Shown one piece after another: positions 1 through 9,149 of a DNA stretch of 64,000 nt (position 1 is its first letter; every line of letters begins with the position of its first letter). The notes below the pieces were generated by a model. That model saw nothing but the letters and a program-made list of their open reading frames with translations. It ran no database searches and had not been told where the DNA came from. The stretch covers positions 29,300-93,299 of the forward strand of contig CAYZWR010000001.1 in NCBI GenBank assembly GCA_964481735.1. Reading direction: 5' to 3'. The stretch is from an uncultured Thermoanaerobaculia bacterium. GTDB lineage: Bacteria; Acidobacteriota; Thermoanaerobaculia; Multivoradales; JAGPDF01. The position numbers and the translations under genes are program-made.

Positions 1-137
1 TGCGGCCGCTCTGCGGACTGCTCGCCTGGGCGCGCGAGCGACGGCTCGCCGTCACCTGTCTCGATCTGCGCAACTCGGGCGACACCGCCGGGCCACACGA
101 CCGGGTGGTGGGCTATGGCGCCTATGTCGTTCATTGA
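1..137 (+). CDS. 3' end of an unidentified upstream gene (partial), overlapping the AMMECR1 start by 23 nt
   Basis: Open frame runs from the window edge to TGA at 135-137 (…DTAGPHDRVVGYGAYVVH*); no family recognised. Confidence 0.2.
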   Translation, partial: RPLCGLLAWARERRLAVTCLDLRNSGDTAGPHDRVVGYGAYVVH

Positions 138-723
138 GCCGCCGGAGCGCTTCACCGCGCCGGAACGCCGGGCGCTGCTCGAGCTGGCCCGCGAGGCGAT
201 CCGCTCCCGGCTCTCGGGCGAGCTTGCGGTCCCGCCCCACGGCCTGCCGCCGACGATCGCGCTCGACGCCTTGCCGCGGGCGTTGCTGGCACCCGGGGCG
301 GCCTTCGTCACCCTGCATCGCGCCGGCGAGCTGCGCGGCTGCATCGGCAGTCTCGAAGCGCGCCGTCCGCTCGCCGCGGACGTCGCCGCCAACGCTCGCG
401 CCGCCGCCTTCGAGGATCCGCGCTTCCCGCCGCTCGCCGCCTGGGAGCTCGCCGGCCTCGCGATCCACCTCGCGATCGTCGGCCCCTCGGTGCCGCTGCC
501 CGCCGAGAGCGAGGCCGAGCTCCTGGCGACGCTGCGGCCGGGTCACGACGGACTGGTGCTCGCCGACGGACCACATCGCGCGACCTTCCTGCCCGCGGTC
601 TGGGAGAGTCTGCCCGACCCGCGCGATTTCCTCGCTCACTTGAAGCACAAGGCCGGCCTGCCACGCGACTACTGGTCGCCCACGCTGCGCTTCCGGCGCT
701 ACACCGTCGAGGCGATCGGCTGA
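115..723 (+). CDS. AMMECR1 domain protein
   Basis: 202 aa; conserved LRGCIGSLEA core motif typical of AMMECR1/AmmeMemoRadiSam component B. Confidence 0.8.
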   Translation: MAPMSFIEPPERFTAPERRALLELAREAIRSRLSGELAVPPHGLPPTIALDALPRALLAPGAAFVTLHRAGELRGCIGSLEARRPLAADVAANARAAAFEDPRFPPLAAWELAGLAIHLAIVGPSVPLPAESEAELLATLRPGHDGLVLADGPHRATFLPAVWESLPDPRDFLAHLKHKAGLPRDYWSPTLRFRRYTVEAIG

Positions 724-798
724 GTCGCCTCGGCTCCTCGCCTCTCGCCCGATAGAGCCATCGGGACTAGACTTCGCGGAGCCAACCCGGAGGTCGTC

Positions 799-1365
799 AT
801 GCGTGCCCGCGTTCCGCTCCTCGCCGCCACCCTCGCTTCTTGGGTCCTTGCGCTCGCCCTGCCGCTCGCGCTCCGCGCCGGCGAGGAGACCCCGGATTCC
901 GCCCGGGCCGCCCCGGCGATCCCGTCGAACCCCGCTTTCGACCGCCTGAAACTACTGGTCGGCGAGTGGGTGGTGGTCGAGGGGAGCTTCGGGAAGCCCG
1001 GCGAGGTGGCGGTGCGCTACGCGCTCACCGGCGCCGGGAGCGCGCTCGTCGAGACCCTCTTTCCCGGCGCCGAGCACGAGATGGTCACGGTCTACCATCG
1101 CGACGGCGAGGGCGTGGTGCTCACCCACTACTGCGCCGCAGGCAACCAGCCGCGCATGCGCCTGAAGAGCGTCGAGGGCGGAGTCTTCGCGTTCGACTAC
1201 GACGGCGGGACCAACATCGTGGTCGAGCGCGACAGCCACATGCACTCGGCGAAGCTCGATCTGTCGAATCCCGACGAGATCCGCAGCGAGTGGATCGGCT
1301 GGACGAACGGCAAGCCCGACCCCGAGCACGCCGCCCGCTTCCGCCTGACGCGCAAGAAGAGCTGA
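799..1365 (+). CDS. hypothetical secreted protein
   Basis: N-terminal signal peptide (MRARVPLLAATLASWVLALALPLALRAG), non-repetitive 188 aa ORF, AGGTCG upstream. Confidence 0.55.
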   Translation: MRARVPLLAATLASWVLALALPLALRAGEETPDSARAAPAIPSNPAFDRLKLLVGEWVVVEGSFGKPGEVAVRYALTGAGSALVETLFPGAEHEMVTVYHRDGEGVVLTHYCAAGNQPRMRLKSVEGGVFAFDYDGGTNIVVERDSHMHSAKLDLSNPDEIRSEWIGWTNGKPDPEHAARFRLTRKKS

Positions 1366-1377
1366 GCGCTCCCCCGA

Positions 1378-2298
1378 TCAGCGCGGCGGCGGCGCGGCCG
1401 GCGGTGCCGGCTTCGGGTTGAGCGCCGCGGCGCGGGCCTGGGCGTCGGCCAAGGGCGGCAGGCCCATCGCGGCGCGCTCGGCATCGGTGGTCGCGGGATC
1501 GACCGGATGGAGTTGCCAGCGGCCCGCGAGCTCGACGATCTGCGTGCCGTACTTCTGCGGCTTGCCGGCGACCATGGCGCGGCGATCGACCGTGGTCGCG
1601 ACGAGCGGGCGCGCGGCGAGCAGATCGGGATCGATCGCGAGCGCCCGGCGTGCCAGCTCCTCGGCGCGCGCGAGCTCCTCTGGCGCGCTGCCCGCGGCGA
1701 GCACCGCCGCGGCGTGGAAGCAGTCGTCGGCCTGCTTCGCCCTCCCCTGCTCGACCAGCTTGACCACCTTCGCCCGGCGCAGCGCGCTCGCCGCGGCGAA
1801 GCTCGCCGCATCGGCGCCGGCGGTCACCTTCAGGCGCTGTTCGCGGTCCTCGACGTAGTGCGCCAGGAGCTCCTTGTCCAGCGTCTGCAGGTGCTGCTGC
1901 TGCTGCGTCTCGGTGCGCTTCAGGAACTGCAGCCAGCGCGGATCGGTGCGCAGCGGCTCGAGCCGCGGATCGGCCAGCGCCCGCTCGAGATCGCGAAACC
2001 CGACCGCGAGCGCGTTGGCGAGCTGGCCGAAGGCTCCGTCGGGGTCGCCGCGCTGCGCCGCGCAGCAGGCGGCGCCGTAGAAGGCGCGCGCCGCGAGCCC
2101 CAGCCGGACGTCGCTCCGCCCGACCGCGGCGAAGTGCTGCTCGCATTCGGCCCACTGGCCGGCGACGAAGAGCTCGGCGGCGGCGGCGAGCCGTGCCTCG
2201 GGCGACGGCTTCTCCTCCCCGGCGCCAGGCGCCGGCGCGGCCGGCAGGGCGAGCACCGCCAGGGCGGCAAGGCAGCGGAGCGCCCGGCGAGCGCTCAT
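1378..2298 (-). CDS. secreted alpha-helical (TPR-like) hypothetical protein
   Basis: Signal peptide MSARRALRCLAALAVLALPAAPA; Ala/Leu-rich helical repeats; 4-nt overlap with downstream DinB-family gene. Confidence 0.5.
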   Translation of the reverse strand: MSARRALRCLAALAVLALPAAPAPGAGEEKPSPEARLAAAAELFVAGQWAECEQHFAAVGRSDVRLGLAARAFYGAACCAAQRGDPDGAFGQLANALAVGFRDLERALADPRLEPLRTDPRWLQFLKRTETQQQQHLQTLDKELLAHYVEDREQRLKVTAGADAASFAAASALRRAKVVKLVEQGRAKQADDCFHAAAVLAAGSAPEELARAEELARRALAIDPDLLAARPLVATTVDRRAMVAGKPQKYGTQIVELAGRWQLHPVDPATTDAERAAMGLPPLADAQARAAALNPKPAPPAAPPPR

Positions 2299-2789
2299 GC
2301 CTCGTCCGCCGACGGGCCGTAGAGGCCGGGAACCGGCACGTCGAGCAGCCGTAGGTAGACCGTCAGCTGCCCGCGATGGTGCACGTTGTGATTGAGCACC
2401 ATACTGCGCAGCACCGCGATGCGCGGCAGGGTGAAGATGACGTGGTCTCCGTTGCGCAGCGTCCAGGGAACGAAGAAGGCCGCGTCGGGAGCGCCGGCGA
2501 TCGCCGCGCGGGTCGCCGCGAGGTTGGCGTCGAAGCCGGCGAGCAGCGCCTCGCGCGTCCGGTGATCGCTCGCCGGATAGCGCCCGCTGGCGAAGTCGTA
2601 CTCGCTCGTCTCCATCGCGATCGAGCCCCAGCGCAGCAGACCGGCGAGATGATTGGCCAGCCGGCCGAGCGAGAAGGACTTCGGGTGGGGCGCCCAGTCG
2701 TACCGCTCGAGCGGCACCCGCTCCAGCGTCTTGCGGGTGCCTGCCATTTCGTAGTCGAGCTCGGGGATCAGGTTCTCGGCGAGGCTCAT
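2295..2789 (-). CDS. DinB/YfiT-family (DinB_2) metal-dependent protein, candidate thiol S-transferase
   Basis: MSLAENLIPELDYEMAGTRKTLERVP… with His-rich NHNVHHRGQ motif; ATG at 2789 preceded by GGAGGA (longer track ORF start is spurious). Confidence 0.75.
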   Translation of the reverse strand: MSLAENLIPELDYEMAGTRKTLERVPLERYDWAPHPKSFSLGRLANHLAGLLRWGSIAMETSEYDFASGRYPASDHRTREALLAGFDANLAATRAAIAGAPDAAFFVPWTLRNGDHVIFTLPRIAVLRSMVLNHNVHHRGQLTVYLRLLDVPVPGLYGPSADEA

Positions 2790-2817
2790 CGATCCTCCTT
2801 CGGTCGCGTCGCGGAGT

Positions 2818-3555
2818 CTACGCCGGGCGCGCGAGCAGCGCTGCGATCTCGTCCGCCGCCCGGCGCGCCAGGCGGGCGCGATCGCCATGCGCCAGGTCGG
2901 CGGTCGGGATCGGCGTGCCGAAGCGGACTTCGATGCACCCCGGGCGCACCTTGAAGCCGCCGGCGGGGAGCACGCGCCCCGCCCCGCGGATCGCCACCGG
3001 CACGACGTCGACCCCGGCGTCGAGCGCCGCGCCGAAGGCGCCGCTCTTGAACGGTTTCAGCCGCCCGTTGCGCGACCGCGTCCCCTCGGGGAAGGAGGCC
3101 ACGTGCCCGCCCTGCCGCAGGAGGTCGCGGGCGCGGGTCACCGTGGCGGTCGCGCCGCGGCGATCGGCGCGGTCGACGAAGATCATCCCCATCGCCCGGA
3201 TGTACCGGCCGAGGAAGGGCACCGGCTCGAGCTCGCGCTTGGCGAGGAAGTGGAGCGGCGCCGGCACCGCCATGAAGAGCGCCGGGATGTCGATCCACGA
3301 CTGGTGATTGGCCACGAAGAAATGCGGCCGCGCGAAGTCGATCCGCTCGCGCCCCGAGACCTCGAGTCGCGCGAGCGCGCCGTAGACCAGCCCCGGTCCC
3401 CAGACGCGGCGCGCCAGCCAGAGCGCCGGCTCCCGCCGCCGCGCGACGAGGTGGACGCCGAGCGCCACGCTGATCCAGAGCGCGCTCCAGAGCAGCGTGA
3501 AGAGCCCCTGCAGCAGATTCGCCGGCAGCCAGAGCCAGAAGCCGAGCCGGCTCAT
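2818..3555 (-). CDS. plsC: 1-acyl-sn-glycerol-3-phosphate acyltransferase
   Basis: Acyltransferase motifs FVANHQSWIDIP (HX4D) and FPEGTRS; ATG at 3555 overlaps tsaD stop (ATGA). Confidence 0.85.
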   Translation of the reverse strand: MSRLGFWLWLPANLLQGLFTLLWSALWISVALGVHLVARRREPALWLARRVWGPGLVYGALARLEVSGRERIDFARPHFFVANHQSWIDIPALFMAVPAPLHFLAKRELEPVPFLGRYIRAMGMIFVDRADRRGATATVTRARDLLRQGGHVASFPEGTRSRNGRLKPFKSGAFGAALDAGVDVVPVAIRGAGRVLPAGGFKVRPGCIEVRFGTPIPTADLAHGDRARLARRAADEIAALLARPA

Positions 3556-4652
3556 CCCACCGCCGACCCCCGCCCCGCCGCGGTTCCGAGCGGGATCCGG
3601 CTCGCCACGTCGGCGGTCAGCGGATCGTCGCGCTCGCCCCGCCGCCCGCGCAGCAGGGCCGCGAAGGCGATCATCGCCGCGTTGTCGCCGGAGAGGGCGA
3701 GCGGCACCAGGCGGAGCCTGACGCCCCGTTCCGACGCCCACTCGGGGAGCCGGCGGCGCAGTTCGCGGTTGGCCGCGGCGCCGCCGGAGACCGCGAGCTC
3801 GGCAAACGGCGCGCGGCGGTGCAGGCGGGTCAGGCGATCGAGGATCTGCTTCACCGCCGAGGCGCGGAAGCCGGCGAGCAGGTCGAGCACCGGCGGCGCG
3901 AAGGGCGGCGCGCCCTCGCTGCCCTCCCCTGCCGCCTGCGTGACGATCCCGGCGCGCTCCAGCCGCTCCACCGCCTGGATCGCCGCGGTCTTCAACCCCG
4001 AGTAGGAGAAGAAGAGCTCCTCGGTCGAGACCAGCGAGGGCAACGGCGCGCGCTCCGCTCGCCCGAGCTCCGCCCAGCGGTCGACCAGCGGCCCCTGCGG
4101 GTAGGGCAGCCCGAGGCGCTTGCCCAGCTTGTCGAAGGCCTCCCCCAGCGCGTCGTCGCGCGTTTCGGCGAGGGTCTCGACCGCCGCCCCGCGCACCCGG
4201 TAGAGCGCGGAGTGTCCACCGGACACCACCAGCCCGACGAACTCCCCGGGGAGCGGCTCGGCGGGCGAGCCGTCGGTCGCGAGGTAGGGCGAGACCAGAT
4301 GCCCCTCGAGGTGATGCACCGCGAAGAAGGGGAGGCCGCGGGCGAAGGCGATCGCACGCCCGAGCGAGAGCCCCACCAGCAGCGAACCGACCAGCCCGGG
4401 GCCGCGGGTCGCGGCCACGGCGCCGAGGTCCGCGAAGCCCACCCCGGCGCGCGCCAGCGCCTCCTCGGAGACGAGGGGCCAACTCGCGAGCTGCTCGCGC
4501 GCCGCGAGCTCCGGCAGCACGCCGCCGTAAGGCCGGTGCACGGCGAGCTGGCTCGAGACCACCGAGGCGAGGATCCGCCCCGCTCCGTCGACGACCGCGC
4601 AGGCCGTGTCGTCGCAGCTGGTCTCGATGCCGAGGACGAGCGGCGCTTCCAT
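3552..4652 (-). CDS. tsaD: tRNA N6-adenosine threonylcarbamoyltransferase TsaD (Kae1/Gcp)
   Basis: MEAPLVLGIETSCDDTACAVV…HHLEGH…SGG motifs; true start ATG 4652, upstream part of track ORF is low-complexity. Confidence 0.9.
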   Translation of the reverse strand: MEAPLVLGIETSCDDTACAVVDGAGRILASVVSSQLAVHRPYGGVLPELAAREQLASWPLVSEEALARAGVGFADLGAVAATRGPGLVGSLLVGLSLGRAIAFARGLPFFAVHHLEGHLVSPYLATDGSPAEPLPGEFVGLVVSGGHSALYRVRGAAVETLAETRDDALGEAFDKLGKRLGLPYPQGPLVDRWAELGRAERAPLPSLVSTEELFFSYSGLKTAAIQAVERLERAGIVTQAAGEGSEGAPPFAPPVLDLLAGFRASAVKQILDRLTRLHRRAPFAELAVSGGAAANRELRRRLPEWASERGVRLRLVPLALSGDNAAMIAFAALLRGRRGERDDPLTADVASRIPLGTAAGRGSAVG

Positions 4653-4767
4653 CGAGTCAGCATACCGGGGCCGGCTCCGCGCCGGGGAGTGGGGGCGGAG
4701 GCGCCGACAGCCGCCCGGAGGCGCATCTGCTAGCCTCGGCGCTTTCCGAGCCCAGGAGGCCCAGTCG

Positions 4768-7338
4768 ATGCGATCCACTCTCGCGCTGCTGCTGCTCGCC
4801 GCCCTCGCCGCCGGACCCGGTGCGGCTCCGGCCGCGAGCGACGGGCGAGGCGCCACCCACCTGGAGCGGGTCGCCGCGGAGATCGCGGGCGCCGTCGCCG
4901 AGATGGTCCCGGAGAGCCCGCAGCACTTCACTCCGTGCGTCGGCGGCTTCGCCGGCGGCTACCCCTGCAGCAACGTCGACCTGCTCGAGTTCCTGCCGGT
5001 CTCCGGTTTCGCGGCGAGCTCCACCAACAGCCTCTGGGGCTGGACCGACCCGGTGACCGGTCACGAGATCGTGCTTCTCGGGCTCGACAACGGCACCGCC
5101 TTCATCGACATCGTCGATCCCCAGAACCCGATCTACCTGGGCAAGCTCCCGACCCACGCCGGCACCGGCTCGTCGACCTGGCGCGACGTGCGCGTGTATC
5201 AGAGCTACGCCTACATCGTCTCCGACCAGAATGGTGCCCACGGCATGCAGGTCTTCGACCTCAGCCAGCTGCGCAACGTGGTCACGCCGCCGGTGACTTT
5301 CAGCGAAACGGCGCATTACGACAAGGTCAACAACACGCACACCCTCTCGATCAACCAGGAGACCGGCTACGCCTACCTGGTCGGCACGACCCAGGGTGGC
5401 GGCGCCGCCATTCCCTGCGGCGGCAATCTCCACATGGTGGATCTGGCCAGTCCGGCCTCGCCGGCGTTCGTCGGCTGCTGGAACGACGGCGGTTACATCC
5501 ACGAGAACCAATGCTTCGTCTATCACGGCCCGGACACCGCCTATACCGGTCACGAAATCTGCCTCGCGGCGCGCGGCTCGGCGCACAACCTGGACATCCT
5601 CGACGTCACCAACAAGGCGGCCCCGGTCCGGCTGGACAGCCTGCACTACAACAGCAGCGGCTACAGTCATCAGGCCTGGTTCACCGACGACCAGCGCTAC
5701 ATCCTGCTCAACGACGAGCTCGACGAGCAGAACGACGGCAACCCGACGCGCACCTGGATCTTCGACGCCGCCGACCTCGACAACCTGGTGCTCGCCGGCC
5801 CCGATGGCTACTTCGACCACGCGACGGCGGCGATCGACCACAATCTGTACGTGCGCGGCGACTTCGTCTTCGAATCGAACTACAAGGCGGGGCTGCGCAT
5901 TCTCCGCCTGACCGACCTCGCGCAGGCGACGCTCACCGAGATCGGCTTCTTCGACGTCTTCCCGAGCTCGGACTCGCCCTCCTTCGACGGCACCTGGAAC
6001 AACTTCCCCTTCTTCGCGAGCGGCGTCGTCCCGGTGACTCACATCTCGCAAGGGCTCTTCCTCGTCCATCCGACGAATCTCTGCGCGACGCCCACGGCGC
6101 CGGACAGCCTCGCGGCGGTGCCCAATGGCGACCACCGGATCGACCTCGCCTGGACGGGGAGCGGCACGTCCGGATCGACCTTCACGGTCGAGCGCGCGCT
6201 CGGCGGCTGCGCCGGGAGCTTCGCGACGATCGCCGAGGGGCTCACCGCGCCGGCTTACAGCGATCTCGCCGCCTCGGGGCAGGTGACCTACGGCTACCGG
6301 GTACGCGAAGTCGATCCCTCGGGCGACTGTGCCTCCGCGGCCTCGAGCTGCGAGGAGGCCGCGACCACCGGCAGTTGCACCGCCGCCCCCGCCTTCGCGG
6401 GCCTGCTCGCCGCAACGAGCGGGAGCGAGAGCGCCTGCCAGGTGGATCTGGTCTGGGGCGGCGCGACCGCCTTCTGCGGCGGCCCGCTGGCCTACAACGT
6501 CTATCGCGGCGCGACCGACGACTTCGCCCCCGCCGCCGGCAACCGCATCGCCGCGGGGGTGCTCGGCACCGCGTTCACCGATCCCGGAGCGACCTCGGGC
6601 TCGACCACGTACTACGTGGTGCGCGCGGTCGACGGCGCGAACGCCGCCGAGGAGGAGAATCTGGTCCACCGCTCGACGGTGCCGCACGGTCCGATCGTCG
6701 ACGGCACCTTCGCGACCGGCGCCGAGATCGGCGACCCGGTGCTCGACACCCTCGCCGGCGACCCGCCGGCCGAAGGACCGCAGGCTCCCGAGCACGCCGG
6801 CTGGCACCTCTCGACCGCCCGCTTCCACACCGGCGCCCGCAGCTTCTTCTCGACCTCGTCGAACAACCTCTGCGTTTCGCTCGAGGCCGGGCCGCTCACC
6901 CTCACCGCCGGCCAGAGCTCGCAGCTCGGCTTCTGGACGGCCTGGGACATCGAGGCGACCTACGACGGCGGCATCGTGCAGGTCTCGACCGACGGCGGGG
7001 CGAGCTGGTCGCAGGTGACGCCCGCCGGCGGCTATCCGAACACGATCACGCATTCGGGCAACGCCTGCGCCGCGATGCCCCCCGGCACGCCGGCCTTCTC
7101 GAGCGTCAACCAGCTCACCTGGCAGGCGAAGGCGGTCGATCTCTCGGCCTTCGCCGGCCAGACGCTCCGCCTCGCCTTCCGCTTCGGCACCGACGGTGGG
7201 GTCGCCGAGGAGGGCTGGTACGTCGACGACCTCACCCTGACGCACGTCCAGGTCCCGGGCGAATGCACGACCAACGCCGTCTTCATCGAACGCTTCGAAG
7301 GGGGGAGCTTCGGCGCTTGGAGCGCCGTCGTCCCCTGA
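4768..7338 (+). CDS. secreted choice-of-anchor B / LVIVD-repeat beta-propeller protein with two fibronectin type III-like domains
   Basis: Signal peptide MRSTLALLLLAALAAGPGAA after AGGAGG; LVIVD-like strands (AYIVSDQNGAHGMQVFDLS, LDILDVTNK, LRILRLTD); Fn3-like YGYRVREVD and YYVVRAVD segments. Confidence 0.7.
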   Translation: MRSTLALLLLAALAAGPGAAPAASDGRGATHLERVAAEIAGAVAEMVPESPQHFTPCVGGFAGGYPCSNVDLLEFLPVSGFAASSTNSLWGWTDPVTGHEIVLLGLDNGTAFIDIVDPQNPIYLGKLPTHAGTGSSTWRDVRVYQSYAYIVSDQNGAHGMQVFDLSQLRNVVTPPVTFSETAHYDKVNNTHTLSINQETGYAYLVGTTQGGGAAIPCGGNLHMVDLASPASPAFVGCWNDGGYIHENQCFVYHGPDTAYTGHEICLAARGSAHNLDILDVTNKAAPVRLDSLHYNSSGYSHQAWFTDDQRYILLNDELDEQNDGNPTRTWIFDAADLDNLVLAGPDGYFDHATAAIDHNLYVRGDFVFESNYKAGLRILRLTDLAQATLTEIGFFDVFPSSDSPSFDGTWNNFPFFASGVVPVTHISQGLFLVHPTNLCATPTAPDSLAAVPNGDHRIDLAWTGSGTSGSTFTVERALGGCAGSFATIAEGLTAPAYSDLAASGQVTYGYRVREVDPSGDCASAASSCEEAATTGSCTAAPAFAGLLAATSGSESACQVDLVWGGATAFCGGPLAYNVYRGATDDFAPAAGNRIAAGVLGTAFTDPGATSGSTTYYVVRAVDGANAAEEENLVHRSTVPHGPIVDGTFATGAEIGDPVLDTLAGDPPAEGPQAPEHAGWHLSTARFHTGARSFFSTSSNNLCVSLEAGPLTLTAGQSSQLGFWTAWDIEATYDGGIVQVSTDGGASWSQVTPAGGYPNTITHSGNACAAMPPGTPAFSSVNQLTWQAKAVDLSAFAGQTLRLAFRFGTDGGVAEEGWYVDDLTLTHVQVPGECTTNAVFIERFEGGSFGAWSAVVP

Positions 7339-7362
7339 AGCACCGGCGAGGAGGTCCGCCCC

Positions 7363-7998
7363 ATGCCACGCAGCTCCGCGCTCCATGCCCTCGAACGCCT
7401 GCGCGAGGGCAACCGTCGCTTCGTCGCCGGGATCCGCGGCGGCGACCCGCTGGCCGACCACGAGCGGCGCAGTGAGCTCCTGGCCGGCCAGGATCCGTTC
7501 GCCATCGTCCTCGGCTGCTCGGACTCGCGCGTTCCCGCCGAGCTGGTCTTCGACCAGGGGCTGGGCGACCTGTTCGTCATCCGCGTCGCCGGCAACGTCG
7601 TCGCCTCGTCGCAGATCGGCAGCGTCGAGTTCGCCGCCGAGCGCTTCGGCACGCGGTTGGCGGTCGTCCTCGGCCACTCGCGCTGCGGCGCGGTGATCGC
7701 CACGGTCGAGCACCTGCTCGCCCCGACCGAGCACCCCTCGCGCGGCCTGGGCTCGATCGTCGAGCGGGTGCGCCCGGCGGTCGAGCCGCTGCTCGCCACC
7801 GACCTGCGCCACGATCCCGAGGCGCTGCTCGCCCAGGCGGTGCGCGCCAACGTGCGCGTCGCCGCGAGCCAGCTGCGCCACGCCTCGCCGTTGCTCGAAC
7901 GCCGGATCGAATCGGGCGAGCTGCTGATCGTCGGTGCCGAGTACTCGCTCGAGAGCGGCGAGGTCACCTTCTTCGACGGTCTCCCCGGACCCGCCTGA
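7363..7998 (+). CDS. beta-class carbonic anhydrase
   Basis: CSDSRV and HSRCGA zinc-ligand motifs; GGAGG RBS. Confidence 0.9.
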   Translation: MPRSSALHALERLREGNRRFVAGIRGGDPLADHERRSELLAGQDPFAIVLGCSDSRVPAELVFDQGLGDLFVIRVAGNVVASSQIGSVEFAAERFGTRLAVVLGHSRCGAVIATVEHLLAPTEHPSRGLGSIVERVRPAVEPLLATDLRHDPEALLAQAVRANVRVAASQLRHASPLLERRIESGELLIVGAEYSLESGEVTFFDGLPGPA

Positions 7999-8055
7999 AG
8001 GCCGGCGAGGCATGCACCGGACCGACTGCTCCACGCCGCTCAAGAGGAGAGAACC

Positions 8056-8490
8056 TTGAGAACCCTCCGCCTGCTCACCCTCGCTGCGCTGCTCGTTCCC
8101 GCCGCGCTCGCGGCCGAGAGTCTCGCCAGCCCGGCCGAAGCGCGCAAGCTCGCCGACCGGGTCGTGGCGCTGTTCGTCGAAGAGAAGATCGTCGAGGGGT
8201 ACGAGCTGTTGAAGCCGTACTGGCCGCTCGCGCCGGTCGAGATCGACAGCCTGGCGAACCAGACGGGCACCCAATGGCCGGTGGTCAAGCAGCGCTTCGG
8301 CGCCTCGCTCGGCAGCGAGTTCATCGGCGTCCGCCAAGCCGGCCAGTCGCTCGTCGAACTGGTCTACCTGCACAAGTTCGAGCGCCACGCCATCCGCTGG
8401 GTCTTCGTCTTCTACAAGCCGGCCGACCGCTGGCTGATCAACGGCGTGTCGTTCGACGACAGCATCGAGCTGCTCTTCGCCGCGCACTGA
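8056..8490 (+). CDS. hypothetical secreted protein
   Basis: Signal peptide MRTLRLLTLAALLVPAALAAES; followed by GC hairpin CAGGGGGG…CCCCTG. Confidence 0.5.
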   Translation: MRTLRLLTLAALLVPAALAAESLASPAEARKLADRVVALFVEEKIVEGYELLKPYWPLAPVEIDSLANQTGTQWPVVKQRFGASLGSEFIGVRQAGQSLVELVYLHKFERHAIRWVFVFYKPADRWLINGVSFDDSIELLFAAH

Positions 8491-8656
8491 CGCCTCAGGG
8501 GGGCGGTCGCGCTCCCCTGTCGCTGGCGACGCCGCGAGTTTCTCGGCTGGCCGTGGCTGAACGCGGAGTAGGCCCGGCAGTTCGGCGTGAAGTCGCCCAC
8601 CTGGCCGTCCCACGCCGCGAAGGGTCGAGACGCAACCCTGGACCTGGAGGTACCCG

Positions 8657-9097
8657 ATGACGACTGCCGCCGTCCCCACCGTCTCCGACCCCCGCTGGAT
8701 GCTCTGGACCGGCCGGTTCCTCTCCTTCGCCGTGGTCGCGCAGCTGCTGAGCAGCGCCTGGTTCAGGGCGACCCATCCCGCCAACGCGCTGGCCGAGATC
8801 GTCGCCGGCTACGGCTTTCCCGAATCGGCCGTCGTCCGGATCGTCCTCGCGGAATGCGTCCTGGTAGTGCTCTACCTCGTCCCACGAACCGCGGTCCTCG
8901 CCGCCATCCTGATGACCGGCTATCTCGGCGGCGCCGTGGCCACGCACCTGCGGGTCGCCGACCCGGCGCGCGCGGCGATTCCCTTGCTGGTCGGAGTTCT
9001 CGCTTGGGGCGGCCTCTACCTGCGCGACCGCCGCATCCGCCAACTCGTTCCCTTCCGCCGGTCGGTCGAGATGGCGAAGTCGGCGCCCGCGGCGTAG
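8657..9097 (+). CDS. DoxX-family membrane protein
   Basis: Four predicted TM helices, 146 aa, DoxX-like layout. Confidence 0.6.
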   Translation: MTTAAVPTVSDPRWMLWTGRFLSFAVVAQLLSSAWFRATHPANALAEIVAGYGFPESAVVRIVLAECVLVVLYLVPRTAVLAAILMTGYLGGAVATHLRVADPARAAIPLLVGVLAWGGLYLRDRRIRQLVPFRRSVEMAKSAPAA

Positions 9098-9149
9098 TCT
9101 CTCGCCGCACCGGGGCCGGAGACGCTCGGCCGCCGCGGGAGAGCCGACC

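Noticed and set aside
4657-8784. 1375-aa ORF on the minus strand, plus many other 100-900 aa Arg/Ala/Gly/Pro-rich ORFs (e.g. 1121-2155, 8763-10373, 13633-15501, 35790-39344, 41654-44815)
   Set aside because: Low-complexity translations antisense or out of frame to genes with clear family motifs; typical stop-codon-poor artefacts of ~70% GC DNA
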